Positions 39,376-52,674 of a stretch of DNA of 64,000 nt are shown here, piece by piece (position 1 is the stretch's first letter; every line of letters begins with the position of its first letter). Location of the stretch: the NCBI GenBank assembly GCA_001949185.1, contig BDGG01000006.1, positions 1,842,827 to 1,906,826 on the forward strand, given 5' to 3'. The position numbers and the translations under genes were made by a program. The notes under the pieces are model-generated. The model ran no database searches. It worked only from the letters and a program-made list of their open reading frames with translations, and was not told the DNA's origin. This DNA comes from Ramazzottius varieornatus (Eukaryota > Animalia > Tardigrada).

Positions 39376-42300
39376 TGGGCGGCGAGCAAAAGGCCTCTCT
39401 CTTCAGCCGGCGAGCACCTGATCGCGCTTCTCTCTTATGCCAACAGTGACCAGCGTCCATCATGCCAGCTCAGCGCTCGCCGGCATTCATTTCTCATTCT
39501 CGCCTTTTGCTCGCGCAGTGAACGTTGCTCCCGAAGCGAGTCTCACTGTGCAAGTTTTTCAATCCACCACGGGCTCAGAGCCCACACCTATGTGCCCGGA
39601 AGGCGGTTTTCAGTTTTCCAGTGTTCTCATCTTCTAAGGTTGATTGCACATCACCGTATTTTTAATTTTATTTTTTCCGGCCACCATATTGTTTCCACCT
39701 AATTGTGGTTGTTGATTTTGGAACTACATCCCCACAAGAACTCCTGCGCAATCATGCCGGCCGCTGGAACCGCACGCAAATCTCAGCGTGTTCCAGCTCC
39801 AGCACCTTACCCACAACCATCGCGTAGTCGGGGAAAAGCCAAGAAGGATACCGTCACAGCCCCAGCTCCCGCTCGCCGGTCGCCGAAGGGAAAGTCAGTG
39901 GCAGTCCTCGCCCCTCTCGCACCATACAGAATGGCTATCCTGGAGCAGAAGTTCGATCAGCTCACGGGATTGGTCTCTAACATAGCGCTGATCAACGGCC
40001 AGAACCGCACTATCATCACCCAGCGTTCCAACGGCGAATCTGACCGTGACCTTTCTCCATCGTCCGACAAAGTGACTGTTCCAGGTAATACTTTTGGTAC
40101 CTCGATCCAAGAAGTGACTTCGAAGTCAGTCCTGGATGGATTAGGTCCAAAACCAGACATAGTCGGGGTACCAGTCCCATTACCGCTACCATTGCCGTTA
40201 CAGCTACCGCGCGCAGTCAGTTACAGGGACCTGTAGGCAGTTCCGGAAGACATTCGCTGCTGCATCCGTCTCAGACCCACATCACTCCACTGGCCGAGCT
40301 CCTTCCTGAGAACCGTATCACCAACATCAATGGAAAGGTGCCAAAGCTGAGCCTGAGCGGAAAAGGGGACTTCCACATCAGAAAGAACGTGAGCCAAAAG
40401 AAGCCCTTCCGTAACTTCGCTGACTTCTCCGCCGCCTTCTCAGTCTTCATGGCCTACCGTATCACAGTGGATCCCAAGCTCGCGATTTCTCTCGCACGGT
40501 ACCTGGAGGTGGTGGCCACCATTGCCAGAACCTACCCTAACAGTAGCAAGTGGATGCATGGCCTATGATGAAATTCATCGTATGTACGCTTCCCTCGACA
40601 TTACAAACTACGCATTGTGGACTCGCCGCCACGACGATTCCTACAACCAGATAATGCTGATGGCAGACCAAGCAGACCAATTGGAGCAATCCTTCGAGTC
40701 GTCCAGCAGAAGCCATCGTCTCCACTGCACCTACTGTGACGAACAGGGACACATCAGTCGAGATTGTCCCAACGGCGGGTACTTCAATCAGATCTGCCGC
40801 AACTTCAGCGGCGGCTACTGCTCCGATCCTTGTCAGCGGGAAGAGATCACAAGTGCTTCCGCTGCGGCAAGAACCCTCCTTCCTCCGAGTGCACCGATGA
40901 AGCCGCCCCTCGCGGGGACCGTCGCAAGAAACACTCCTCTTAGGCCGGAAGCCTTTCAGCGCCACCTCCGGCTCCACCCAGACCGTCGGTTCGTCCAGCA
41001 GCTACTCCAAGCCATTACTCACCGCACTGACATAGGCTTCCAAGGTCCCGAACGTCCTCGTTTCTCCAAGAATGCCATCTCAGCTTTCTCCCACGCCACT
41101 TCTCTCCTCGTCACCATAGCCTCCGAAGTCTCTAAAGGCCGCTGCCAAGGCCCATCCAAGTCAGTACCTTTCCCCAATTTTGTTTGTAACCCCATCGGGG
41201 CAGTCCCAAAAAAGAACGGGGACGTGAGAATTATTTTAGACCTATCGCAGCCTACGCGCGACTCAGTTAACTCTCATATCGATAAAGACGACTTTTCTCT
41301 TTCGTTTCCTACTGTCGACCAGGCAGTCTTCATTCTTAACCGCCTGGGAAATGGCGCATTTATGGCGAAGTTCGACATTCAGTCAGCTTTTCGTCTTATT
41401 CCTGTTAGAAAACTAGACCATCATTTACTCGGTTTTAAATTTGACAACTTCTACTATTATGATACTGTTCTTTCGATGGGCTGCCGTTCGTCCCCCTTTT
41501 GGTTCTGCTAGTGTTCCGAGGCAGTCCGCTGGATAGTCAGTGAGGAGGCGAAGCACAAAGACATCCTGGTGTACATCGACGACTTCTGGGCAGCATCACA
41601 AAGTCGCGACAAGTGTCAGACCGTAATCAGCACCATGCAGACAATAGCCGCAGACCTGGACGTTCCACTTGCCGAAGACAAGACAATACGGCCAGTAACA
41701 TGCTTAACATTTCTCGGCATCGAGATCGACACAATCAGACAGACCCTCTCCCTCCCAGCAGACAAAGCCAACGGGATTTACGACCTTGTTTATCAGTGGT
41801 CCAACAAAGGCAAGTGCAGTAAACAGGAACTGCAAAGTCTAATTGGGTCGTTGATGTTCGCGTCAAAGTGCGTCCCGGCCAGCAGACTGTTTATTCAGCG
41901 GCTTCTCTTCCTCCTCCGCGGCAAGCCAGAGCAGTACGCCTCATTTACACTCGATCGCGAATTCCAGCTGGACCTGCAGTGGTGGAAAGAGTTCCTCCCG
42001 AAGTGGAATAGTACCGCCTCTTTCCTCGATAACGACTGGACTTCCTCTTCCGTCCTTCACCTCTACACCGACGCCTTCGGTACCCTCGGCATGGGCGCGT
42101 TCTTCCAGAACAGCTGGTTCCAGTCCCGGTGGCCTCCCTGGATAAAGAGCCACAAGATTTGCATCGAGTATCTGCAGATGCTGCCGATCTTGAATGCCAT
42201 CCTGGTATGGGGTCACAAGTTCGCAAACAAGCGCATCCTAATGCATTGTGACAAGCTGGGCGCCGTTCATGCCTGGAAGAAGCTAAGGTCTCATAACCAC

Positions 42301-43620
42301 GGAGTCCTGTCTGTCATGCGTCGCATGGTGGCAGCAGCCGCGCATCACAATATGCAGATCAAGCTTGAACATATTCCGGGAGTTATGAACGATGTGGCTG
42401 ACGCTCTATCTCGATTTCAGGCTTCTCGTTTCCGTCAGGTAGCGCCATCTGCGGGCCTCCTACCTACCCTTTAGCCCTGGACTGGAAGCGGAACATCGGC
42501 CATCAACTCCTTAGACAGCGTGGTGCGACATCTTCAGTTGCACCACATCGCTCCGTCAACAAGAACGGCGTACGAGACCGGAGTCCGCCGTTTCCGAGCC
42601 TTCTGCAACGCCAATAACTTTTCTTCAGATTCCGGCAGCCGATACCACAGTCAAACGCTTCATCGCTTGAGGCAGTCAGCCTCTCCTCGGCTCGTGTCTA
42701 CCTCGCAGCCATCGCCAATCTCACTGCACAACATTCCCTTCCAACTCCCACTTCTTCCAAGTCCATCCATCAATTGCTCATGCATTCAAAAGGATCGCCG
42801 GCCAGAAGTCTGACAAGCGCCTCCCCATCGATCTTGATGTGATGCGCAACATGAAAGACGAACTGGCTACCATGAACCTCCTTCCACACGACCGCGCCCT
42901 CTACTGGTCAGCTTTTACTTTGGCCGTTTTTGGGGCTTTCCGCATCAGTGGATACACCAACCCGGCAAACAGGTCCTTCGACAGCCGCACTCTCCTTCTC
43001 ACCGACGTCTCCACGAAGCCTAAAGGTCTCAATGTTCGACTTCGACAATCGAAGATCGACCAGTTCAGCCATGGCTACACTGTCCAACTTCTCCACACCG
43101 GTCGCTCAGTCTGCATTGTCAGAGCCACGACCAGATACATCCACTTCCGTTCCAGCATCGGCAGGACCGAAGACCCGTTAGTCATCCTGGAGTCCGACAG
43201 CTATCTCACACGTCCGGTCCGGCCTTCGGACGTACTCTACAAGCCTGTCTTCAAGGCCTTCCTCATCCAGAAATTTACTCCTCACACAGCCTACGCATCG
43301 TTGCTGCCACCACTGCAGCTCAGAACGGTGCCTCGGCGGAAGCCATCCAGCAGATCGGCAGATGGAAATCCTCCTGCTTCACCAGCTATGTCCGAACCCA
43401 AGTGCCAAGTCTCGGCCTACAACCCTACTCACCTCACAACTCCCCCTAAAATTTCTCTGACTACACTGCTCAATATTCTAGCGGTCTGTTGGTTTTTTGG
43501 GGCTTCGCACGTTGCGCATACGGCTGAGCAAGCGTGCACTTCTCGTGTCCAGTACACGTTTGCTTCATACGCTGAGCAAGCCAGCAATGTGTGGGTTCCC
43601 ACAAAAGGCATTCTGGTTCG
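39376..43620 (+). mobile_element. DIRS-order (Ngaro-like) tyrosine-recombinase retrotransposon, decayed; boundaries approximate
   Basis: gag with CTYCDEQGHISRDC knuckle; RT (PIGAVPKK..RIILDLS, AKFDIQSAFRLIP, YIDDF) with TAG at 41509; RNase H (LYTDA, HIPGVMNDVADALSR); frameshifted YR (FGAFRISG, LRQSKIDQF, HSLRIVAATTAA..IGRWKS..YVR); no methyltransferase seen. Confidence 0.92.
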
Positions 43621-43913
43621 CGAGTCGTATGCATTAAAGGTGAATGTAGCGGAGTTATCAGAATAAAATCGCAGGGTAAATTTGTCATCTACAGAAAGAC
43701 AGAGAATAGGCGCTGCACCTATTCTCTCTTTGTGAGGATGATAAACGTCACCCCGCGATTTTACACTGACAACTGCGCTATTTTAACCTCGAAATGAAAG
43801 AAACGTTGCACTATCTATCTGTTTGTTCTTTATAAACCTCTGATGTACCAGAAAGCCAACGTACTGTGGCTACTAAACAACGTTGTGTCAAAGAAGGAAG
43901 TGGCGGTTAAACT

Positions 43914-46900
43914 CTAAACATCTGTCTCGGCATTTTCCGCCACAGGATGGATTATCGAATTGCTCTGCACTAATGGCTTTCTTTGGCTTTCTAAGTCGTT
44001 GTCATCTTTATCACATGCATCATCGCCATCCCCGCGGGAACCTCCGACTGCTGCGGAGGCAGCAGCTGCTGCGGCCAAGGTCGCCGTCTCCGCGGCTTTC
44101 AAGGCCGCTGCTTCCGCTTCTTCCTGCCTCGGTCCTTCTTCAAAGATGAATTGCATCTGTTCTTGATCTGAGTCACCTGCAAACAACAAACCACACTCTC
44201 AATATTCACAACGAAAAACATAAACAGAAAAGAGGGTGTCACTCAAGAAGTCAGCCTTATTGGACCCCGACAAAACCCGCTCAAATGGTAAACGATACAG
44301 GAAATGCTTTGAATCTACTGCAGGCATTTGAAAGCTTTGATGTGCGATATAGTGCACAAAATGGCCAAGCTTTGAATGTGGTCTTTCAATAGGTGGTAGA
44401 AAGCTGGAGAATCATCATACGCCCATCAGCTGAGATAATTGGACATTGACAGGTCTGCAAAATGGATGCATGTGCTGCTGCGACATGAAGGAATATCATA
44501 ACTGAATGTCGTGGAAGAAAACGAGCCGTAGCCTTCACGTCATATTTGGGTGATTTGAATGACGGACGGCAGAAGCTGCTGCATGGCGCTGAGAGACAGG
44601 CGGCTTGCCGGCTTTGTCCATGCGTTACCAATTGACAGGCCTTGCTGACGAGCTGCTCTTGATGGTGTTTGCAAAATGAATAATCTCTGTTTTACATTCC
44701 CCCAATATGCTAAGCAGGCTCCTAAGCCAGACTGTGAATCATAGCAGCTGTCAGTAGGATCATAATTTGCTTGAGTGATATCCCACGGTCCGTTTTCACG
44801 ATCGCGGCCTCTGAGGACTCCTGAAGGTCGTCCAGGTTGCATCCCTCGTGTTTAGCGGTCTGACTAGATTCAGACGGTGTAAATAAACACAAGGACACTT
44901 ACGGTGGTAGAAATAATTGAAGTTGGATACGATGACAGGAACAGGAAGTGCGATGGTCAGTACACCGCTGATGGCACACAAGGAGCCGACGATCTTGCCG
45001 AAGAACCCCACTGGCCGCATGTCGCCGTAACCGACGGTCGTCATTGTAACCACTGCAAAGAGAAAGGAAACTTAAAAGCTCTGTTGGAAATTGCTGTGCT
45101 GTGATGTTAACTCCAGTTTTAATGGGCTTGTGAGCCGAGGTAATGGTTCTCGCCTAATTTTATACACTGAAATGTTATGCTGGGTGTTCTGAATTTGTGT
45201 TGCTTGCAAGAAACTAGAACTTTTTTGCGTTGCTGGAATTAACACCACTAAGACAAATGAAGCTAAATCAAGCGTGTCTGATGGTCGTTTTTGAATGCGA
45301 TATTCTAGTTGGAATGACTGCGAATAATGTTTTCTCGCCAATGTAAAGTTCGTTCTCAAGTATCCTTCTCACATAACTGTGACGTGAATATATTTAGCGA
45401 AAGCGATTAGGCGGCGACAAAGCTCATAAATCTCTTAGTTTCAAAGCATGCATGCTGGAGAATGCGACAGAGAGATGGCGTCAGACAGGATACTTACCCG
45501 CCCACCAAAAGGCATCTGGAATGCTTTTAAAATCCGACTCCTTATTATCGGCTTCGGCAAAATAAACAGCACTGCTGAAGAGAACGACACCAATCAGTAG
45601 GAAAAATATGAGCAGGCCCAGTTCGCGCATCGAGGCCTTCAGCGTGCGACCCAAGATTTGCAGGCCCTTGGAGTGGCGGGATAATTTGAAGATCCGAAAC
45701 ACCCGGACGAGGCGGATGACTCGTAGTATGGCCAAGGACATTGCTTGGTTCTGAGGCTTCTGTTGCTGCTGCCCGTAAGCGTCCAGTGGCATCTCACCGA
45801 AGGTCGTCGTCCCTAGTGTCACGAAGTAGGGTACTATGGCCATCTGTCAAAAGACAACAACAAATAGATCAGTCGACCCGTCACTGTGAACACCGTCAGG
45901 TTTTCGATGCATTTTTTCCTGCTCAAAACTTAAAAACCTAGCTTACATTCTTCAGGATTGATCGTTACGCGATTGATCGTCTTGGGATTCTGCTTCAGAT
46001 ATTCTTAGCACTGGTGCCTCGTTTTGTTCCATTTGAACAGATCTGTTGTACTGTAACACGTACTGCGAGTGGGGATCAGTGAAAACTATGGACCAGGTCT
46101 TTTCGCAACGGGGGTACGGAAGAACGTACGTACACGACTGATTCCCACGAATGCATTTTTCGGCATTGTCCTACGGTTGAATTTCAATTGCCGTCTTTCC
46201 CGCCTGGCCCATTATTTCTCGTCGTGTGTGTACCAGCGTACCTTACTGTGCAATAGCCCTTCCAAACAGAGTGGTTCGGAACAGATTTGTAGAAACTTGC
46301 AGGGTGGAGAGTAGAGAGATGCATAAACAGCGATCAATTTAAAGGTTTAAGGTCTGGGTTTGATTTTGACTCCATGGCCGTTTACGTTTGCCTTGACGTC
46401 ACTGCAGTCCCAGGAGCTGTCACGTCGATCGCACAACTTTCCACGCTACACACGTCAAGTAAACAAAATTGCCAGGGCAGCAGTTTCCTATCACGGAACA
46501 GGAAATGGGACTGGTGGTATAATTAGCAGCTAGATATTTTGGAAAATTGGGGACCTTTAGAGTCAGCATTTTGAGTGCGTAACTTCGTGCCTTTGTTGGC
46601 TGCTAACGGGAAATGCAACATGAAGCTCGCGTGCAAGCCTTTCTCAACAGCTCAGCCACCAAAAGACTATGACAAAAGTGCAGCGTTTCCGGTAAACTGC
46701 GTCCGAGTCAAGGTTTGAATCTAGAAATTTGAGAAAGTGCAAGCATGTAAGTCGTAGCGTTCAGGAACTTACCAAGTCGATGATATTCATAACGTCAAGG
46801 AGAAATACTCTTTTGCTCGGACATGAGAGGAAGCGGATGATCAGCTCAAAACAAAACCATATCACACCTGCAATAAAACAAACATATGGAACTCCACCGT

Positions 46901-48035
46901 CGGTTTCATCGGAGAAGTGATTGTACTCACAGGCAGTTTCTATCACAAAAAAGGGCTCGGAAAAGTTGGCGACCTGATCCTCTTCGATCTTTGTGCCGTT
47001 GGGTCCGTCCGTTATTCGGTAATGCTTGAACTGTGGCAGTGTCTCCAGGCAGAAGGTGACAATGGACAGGACGATGACCAAGACACTGATGGTGGCCACA
47101 GCTTTGGCTCCTCTCGAGCTTTCCGGCACTTCAAAGAGTAACCAGAACTTCTTTTGGAGTTCGTTGTTGGGTAGATCACGCTCCTTTTCCTTGACGAAGC
47201 CTTCGTCTTCACGGAATTTCATCAACACCTCATCACCGAGATCAAAGAATTTCAGCTCCTCTGCAAATACGTCCAGCGGGACGGAGACGGGCCGCCGTAG
47301 TCGTCCTCCGCTTTGGTAATAATACAAAATGGCTGCAAACAGAGAGAGCCTATTTCCTTACCGATTGGATTATCTGTATATTGTAGTTTTCTCTACGTTA
47401 TTCTCAGTTCATTACGGCAAACAATGGAAACTTTTGGACCCGTCGCATCCTGAACGCATTTTCTGCGGTATACTATGCGTACTCTTACGATAAACTTTGC
47501 GACCTCGCATTGTAATGAGTTTTCCGGAACACGGCGACTTTTGAGGAAACCAACGTGAGGTTGACTTACCATCAAAGCAATTTCGATTTCTGTCGAAGAA
47601 GTATTCGTTCCTCAGCGGGTCGAAATAGCGCATCCTCTTCATGGGATTTCCGAGTAGCGTATCCGGGTACTTGCTCAAGGTTTTCAGCTGTGTCTCAAAC
47701 TTCAACCCACTGACATTCACCACGATCCTTTGGTCAGGCAAGGCGTACAACCCCGGTGTCGGGCATCCTCCGCTGCTCCCAAAGAACCTTCCCGTCCCAT
47801 CGAGTCCTTCCAGCGGCGAAGTGGGCCCATCCATCCCTTCTTGGAGGTCATTGGAGTTGAGCTTGTTGGCATTGAACCTGGAAGTAGCTTGTAATAAAGC
47901 AGCTGGCGCCATACGGGCCAGATAGCGACTGGTCATCTGACCGAGTCCTCCGGGCGGCCCAAAGGCTGGTCCCGAACCCCCACTAACGCCACCCCCTCCG
48001 CTGCCGCCATCCAAACCGGCCATGGCCACCTCCAT
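43914..48035 (-). CDS. Sh: Shaker/Kv1 voltage-gated potassium channel
   Basis: MEVAMAG start; T1 domain ([30 protein letters not shown]); S4 [19 protein letters not shown]; pore TMTTVGYGD; C-terminal ETDV*. Confidence 0.97.
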
Positions 48036-51000
48036 CTTATTATCATCAGAGCAATTGAGCAAGAAGGCTTCAACGGGATTAAATGGACTTAGTGAGGATG
48101 AAGAATGTTCCTCAGTGATGGGATACGCGGCGGCTGCAGTGTTAGCCGATAACGAACGAGCTAGCGCGTTTTTGTTGGTACGTGAAGGAGCAGCTCCGGT
48201 TACGGCAGACGGCTTGCTCAGGCATTTGACATCGTCAGCGAGGCTACTGTGACTGCTGCTGACGGGTTGAAGCAAGTTGTTATGATGGCTGGGAGACGGA
48301 CTAACGCCGGGTGGAGGAGCGCTAAAGACCTCGGTACGATCGCGGGGCGCACGATAGCGCACACTGTTGGTGCGACGAACCGAACCCCGTGATTGAAGTT
48401 CGGGACGGAACACTGGGGTCAAACCCCAGCGCTCGATAAACTCAAGTTTGGAAGATATTTTGCCAGCTTGTACTCTCAATGATCAAAGAACCATCAACCA
48501 CGGACGATACAAGATAAAAATGAAGGCTCTTCCGGATGACTTCACCATCTGATGATCGGTGATCGAAGTACGCCGCACCGGGAAAAATATGGTTTGATAA
48601 GAAGAAACTCAAGCGAGCTGGAAAATAACAGAGGAAGGAACGCGGGGCCGATTCAATAGAGCTCGCAAAATAAATGACGGCCTCCCTGCTGGTGGAAACG
48701 TAAAACACGCGCCTGGAGGTGGCTTTTAATTTTCCTTTTCTTCTTCCTGTTGAATAAGGAGGCTTGAACTGGCTGGACGAGCTGGAATGAGGTTCCTTTG
48801 ACGCCACGTAACACGGTGTTCCTTTGAAGGTTTGAAAGAAGACGGAGAAGGAAATTGAAGGAGCTGCCTTGAAAGCTTAGTCAGCGCTGCAATGGCCACC
48901 ATTCGTCACTTGTCATTAAGTCGTTAAATATCAAGCATGTTGGGTGGGTAATTACACAAATAAGCAATGGTTGGACTGCGCCATCGAATTGTAAGGTTCG
49001 CAGAGGGTGCACGGCCAGATATCCTATTGACGGAGCGAAAGACGAGTACTCCCAACGCGCGTCCGGGCTATTCTGGGCTCCAACAGCAGGCAAAAAATAT
49101 TACAAGTGCCACATCCTGTTTAACAGCCTCTGACACATAGGCAAGACGTGTGTCGAAGTGCTAAAGATGGACGAGCGACGATGCCTTGTGGACATTTGTG
49201 GCTATGGCGGCCAGGAGGAGTATTAATACACCTTTGGGACGATCATACTACCCATAAATACATCGAGCCAACAACTCCGGTCGGCAAAGCGGACAAATAT
49301 CTCCAAATCAAATATCAATCAAGGAGGAAATTATTGATCAATGTCTGGAGGTTGATGAAGAGCCGACAGACCTTGTGACAAGGTATGGGAGGTGATCAAA
49401 TTAGTCCGCAGTGATATCACCTCAAATTTGCGACGGAAGTCATTAGAGTCTGATTGATTTTCCAGTGAAGAGCGGTACCACAGGCTGGCACTGGCGACGC
49501 ACTTGCGATCTCAAGTGGGAGAGTACAGGAAAGGGAAAGCAACACCTCGTACTGGGATCTAATGTGGCCAAACAAACCCTGGAACTAAGCGGTGATCTCA
49601 AATTCATAGGATAACATGGCCGAAGTGCGCACAGAGGAATACCAAGCACGGGATCACGTTTGTGTTGGACAGAGCTAGTGAGAAATTATGGGAGCCTTCT
49701 GAATGTGTGATCACAAGTTCAACACGACGGCTGACGAGGCCAGTATAGAGTGGCTGATGTAGACGGAGTACTCTGGCCTGTATGCGGCGGAAAGGATGGA
49801 GGACGACCAGAGAGGCCAATGCGAAATTAATAGTGGCAAAGCCAACATACAGTCCGCGAGATCCCGCATACGCGCCTTGACGTCACGGCGCCTAATCTGC
49901 CAGCTGCAAAGAACCAGGCTGGAGCAACAGTATAATTGGCTCACGGACGTCATCATCCTGATCGCCTTACGTCGCACTCCTCCAGCCTCCCAGTCGTCCG
50001 ATCTGAGCTCGCAACAGTCGTCTCGTACTTCGCCGCGGCGAACTCGTATCACTTCATCACACCGCACCGTAAAGCAACACGTTCTCCTTCGATTGAATCA
50101 ACACTTGGAGAGATATAGCTCGAGCGCGAACCCTCCCAACCCAGAAAACTACTGCGCTGTAGAACTCGAAAATGCAGGAATAATTCCTTTTGGTCAGAGC
50201 GATGTCATGATTATCCGACACATTTGATCAAACACACTCTTCAACGCGCTGAAACTCCAGACAGACAGAGAGACAGACAACCAAATACTGCTTAGAGAAA
50301 CTTACAGAGAATCCGGTTTCCTATCGTGGCCTGACTGCCTTCGTTTAAGTCCGTAGAGTATGCTGTGTTCCCTAAACTCGTCCATATTTTTCAGGATATA
50401 TGTCGAAAGATTTTGAAAAGTTCCGAGCACAGAAAGCACACTACTGCAGTTACCTATGTTGTGTTGTTCAAACAAAGTATGTTCGGAAAGCGATAAGTTT
50501 TGATAAATATACCATAAAGTTGACTGTTCTCACGCGGGGAACATGGAAGTGAGCACCTGCAATGTTACCGAAGCCGGTTTTTCGTTGAAAATTATGCCGC
50601 CAGTATTTTCGTAGTGTCAAAAGCCGGTTTTAGAATGAGAATCCGGGCGGCTTCAGAAAACTCAACGATTCTGTAGTTAGAAACCCATGGGCGAATTTTA
50701 GATTGCAACGAGGAAGTTTGCTGGTACCCATTATCTGTCTATCGTCTAATGGAACGTTGGACCTAGTCATTATATTCAGGCAACTGGAGCGAGAAGTTGC
50801 ACGTCAGTTTGATGAGTAATATTTGCTTTCTGAAGGCAAAGTGAAAACATCAACATCAGAATGGGCGCTTTGACGTGTTTTCTTCTGGCTGACAAAAGTG
50901 TGGCTGTCAAATCACGATAGACTACACGAAGCCACTGCAGCGACCCACTATGCAGTATTGAATATCCATTGCCGCCTCGATATCGATTGCTGCCGGTTCC

Positions 51001-52495
51001 TCGAGCTCATTCAGGCCCAGATTTGAGGGTATACTCAAGCGATTTCATAAAGAGGGTCATTGTGGAAAGGCAGTCTAGCGAGCCACATCCAAGACAGGCC
51101 TTCGCCGTAGCGACGAGATAAACTTCGACAACAACGCGGCGTCGACAGGAACCACGAGGAAACAGCTGGGGAAATCCTACGGGACTTCTTTTCTCCCAAA
51201 ACTATGACGTACTCGTGGTATATATTGCTTTCATAGGAAAGCTACTGTGGGCATGGGGGGCAATTCCTTCAGACTTTAAACAGTTTGTTTTGCCATATGA
51301 ATTCGAAGCAATTCTTCTTCTGCGAAACTGGTAGGCGGAGCCTGAGGAAAAGCTCCACCCAATCACAACTTATTAGGCTTCGTTTTGGGGTCGCTACAAA
51401 CTGTGCCTCAGTTTTCAGTTGCAATCTTCGCAGCTGTCTGTGGTTCCATGAGTTCTGAGCTTTGTTTCGTTCGTCTTTGTCTTAATCGCTTGAAAAACAG
51501 GAAGAAAGATGGCCGCAGGGGATGGGTGCAAATTGGCGGGGATGGAGTGCCAACGGACAGGATGTAACGAGGTTTCGCCCAGGGCCTCTCATCCATCACA
51601 ATCTATCCACTCGGCCATGCGTTATCATTAGATCATGTCAGGATAAGAACCGGGCTATGTATGGTTGATTGGGAAGCCACATTTGCGCAAGTAAGCGAGG
51701 ATCTGAGGTTAATGGGAAACCGCATCGGTATAATTATTGGACCGAAGCCTCGACAGAGTGGTGCAGCGTAGCGTGAAACCCTCCTAGAATCAAGCTCAGA
51801 AGTTTGAAAATGGCGTGTGAGATGCAGATTGAGAAAAGTGGGGAGAGACTACAGTACGTGTGCGGACTGCAGTTGATGTGTGTAGAGCCAACAGGAAATG
51901 GGAGCGGATGTTGCGAAAAGGGGAAGAAGTGTGGACCAGGCAGCAGCCTCTCAAAGGAGATTATTCCGCTATTTACACAGCGGCAGTATTGTACGAGATG
52001 TTAAGCAAGCAGGCTTTTGGCTGAGATGGCCCCACTCTTTTGTCATCTGGTACCATCATCCTTTTCTCCCTTTGAAGTCCCATTCATCCGGGTTACTGTC
52101 CATGTAAACATGCTCGTGTCAGACTTACGACGGGCTGTACTTGGAGTCATGAACCCACCTCATTTCCATTTCTTCGTTCGCGTTTATTCACCACAGATCT
52201 ACTTTTTCGCAGCCAATTTGTCCGAAGTGCCACCACGCACTTTGGGAGAAAGAAAAGTCAAACTCCAAATCTAATAAATGTAATGCTGTTTTCCTTTTAC
52301 ATAACCAAGGTTTCTTCATGCGCAGATGTATAACGCGATGGTTTTTCCCAACGGAAGTCGATTCTAGAATCCTCAACCGGTGGAAAGTTGGTAAGAGCTG
52401 CAGGGAAGGATTACTCGAACAGAAAAAGACCTTCCTGGTGAAGTACCTGTGACATGCAATGCAGGTTAAAGATCAAACAGTCTGGAAAAGGATTG

Positions 52496-52674
52496 CACGC
52501 AGGACGAGGAATTATGGGCCAATACAAATTATCGGCCAGGCGGAAAAGACGGCAAAATGGAAGTTCAATCGTAGAAAAGTGTTGGAAAGTGCATTACGTA
52601 CGTTCTTTCGTATCACTATAGCGAAAAGACCTGGTTCATAAGTTTTACTGGTCCACAATTTTTCGTCGTGCGTG
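52496..52674. mobile_element. Short MITE related to the 35061-36750 element
   Basis: CACGCAGGACGAG...TCGTCGTGCGTG|TA termini; shares ggccaggcggaaaagacggcaaa with ~35090. Confidence 0.7.
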
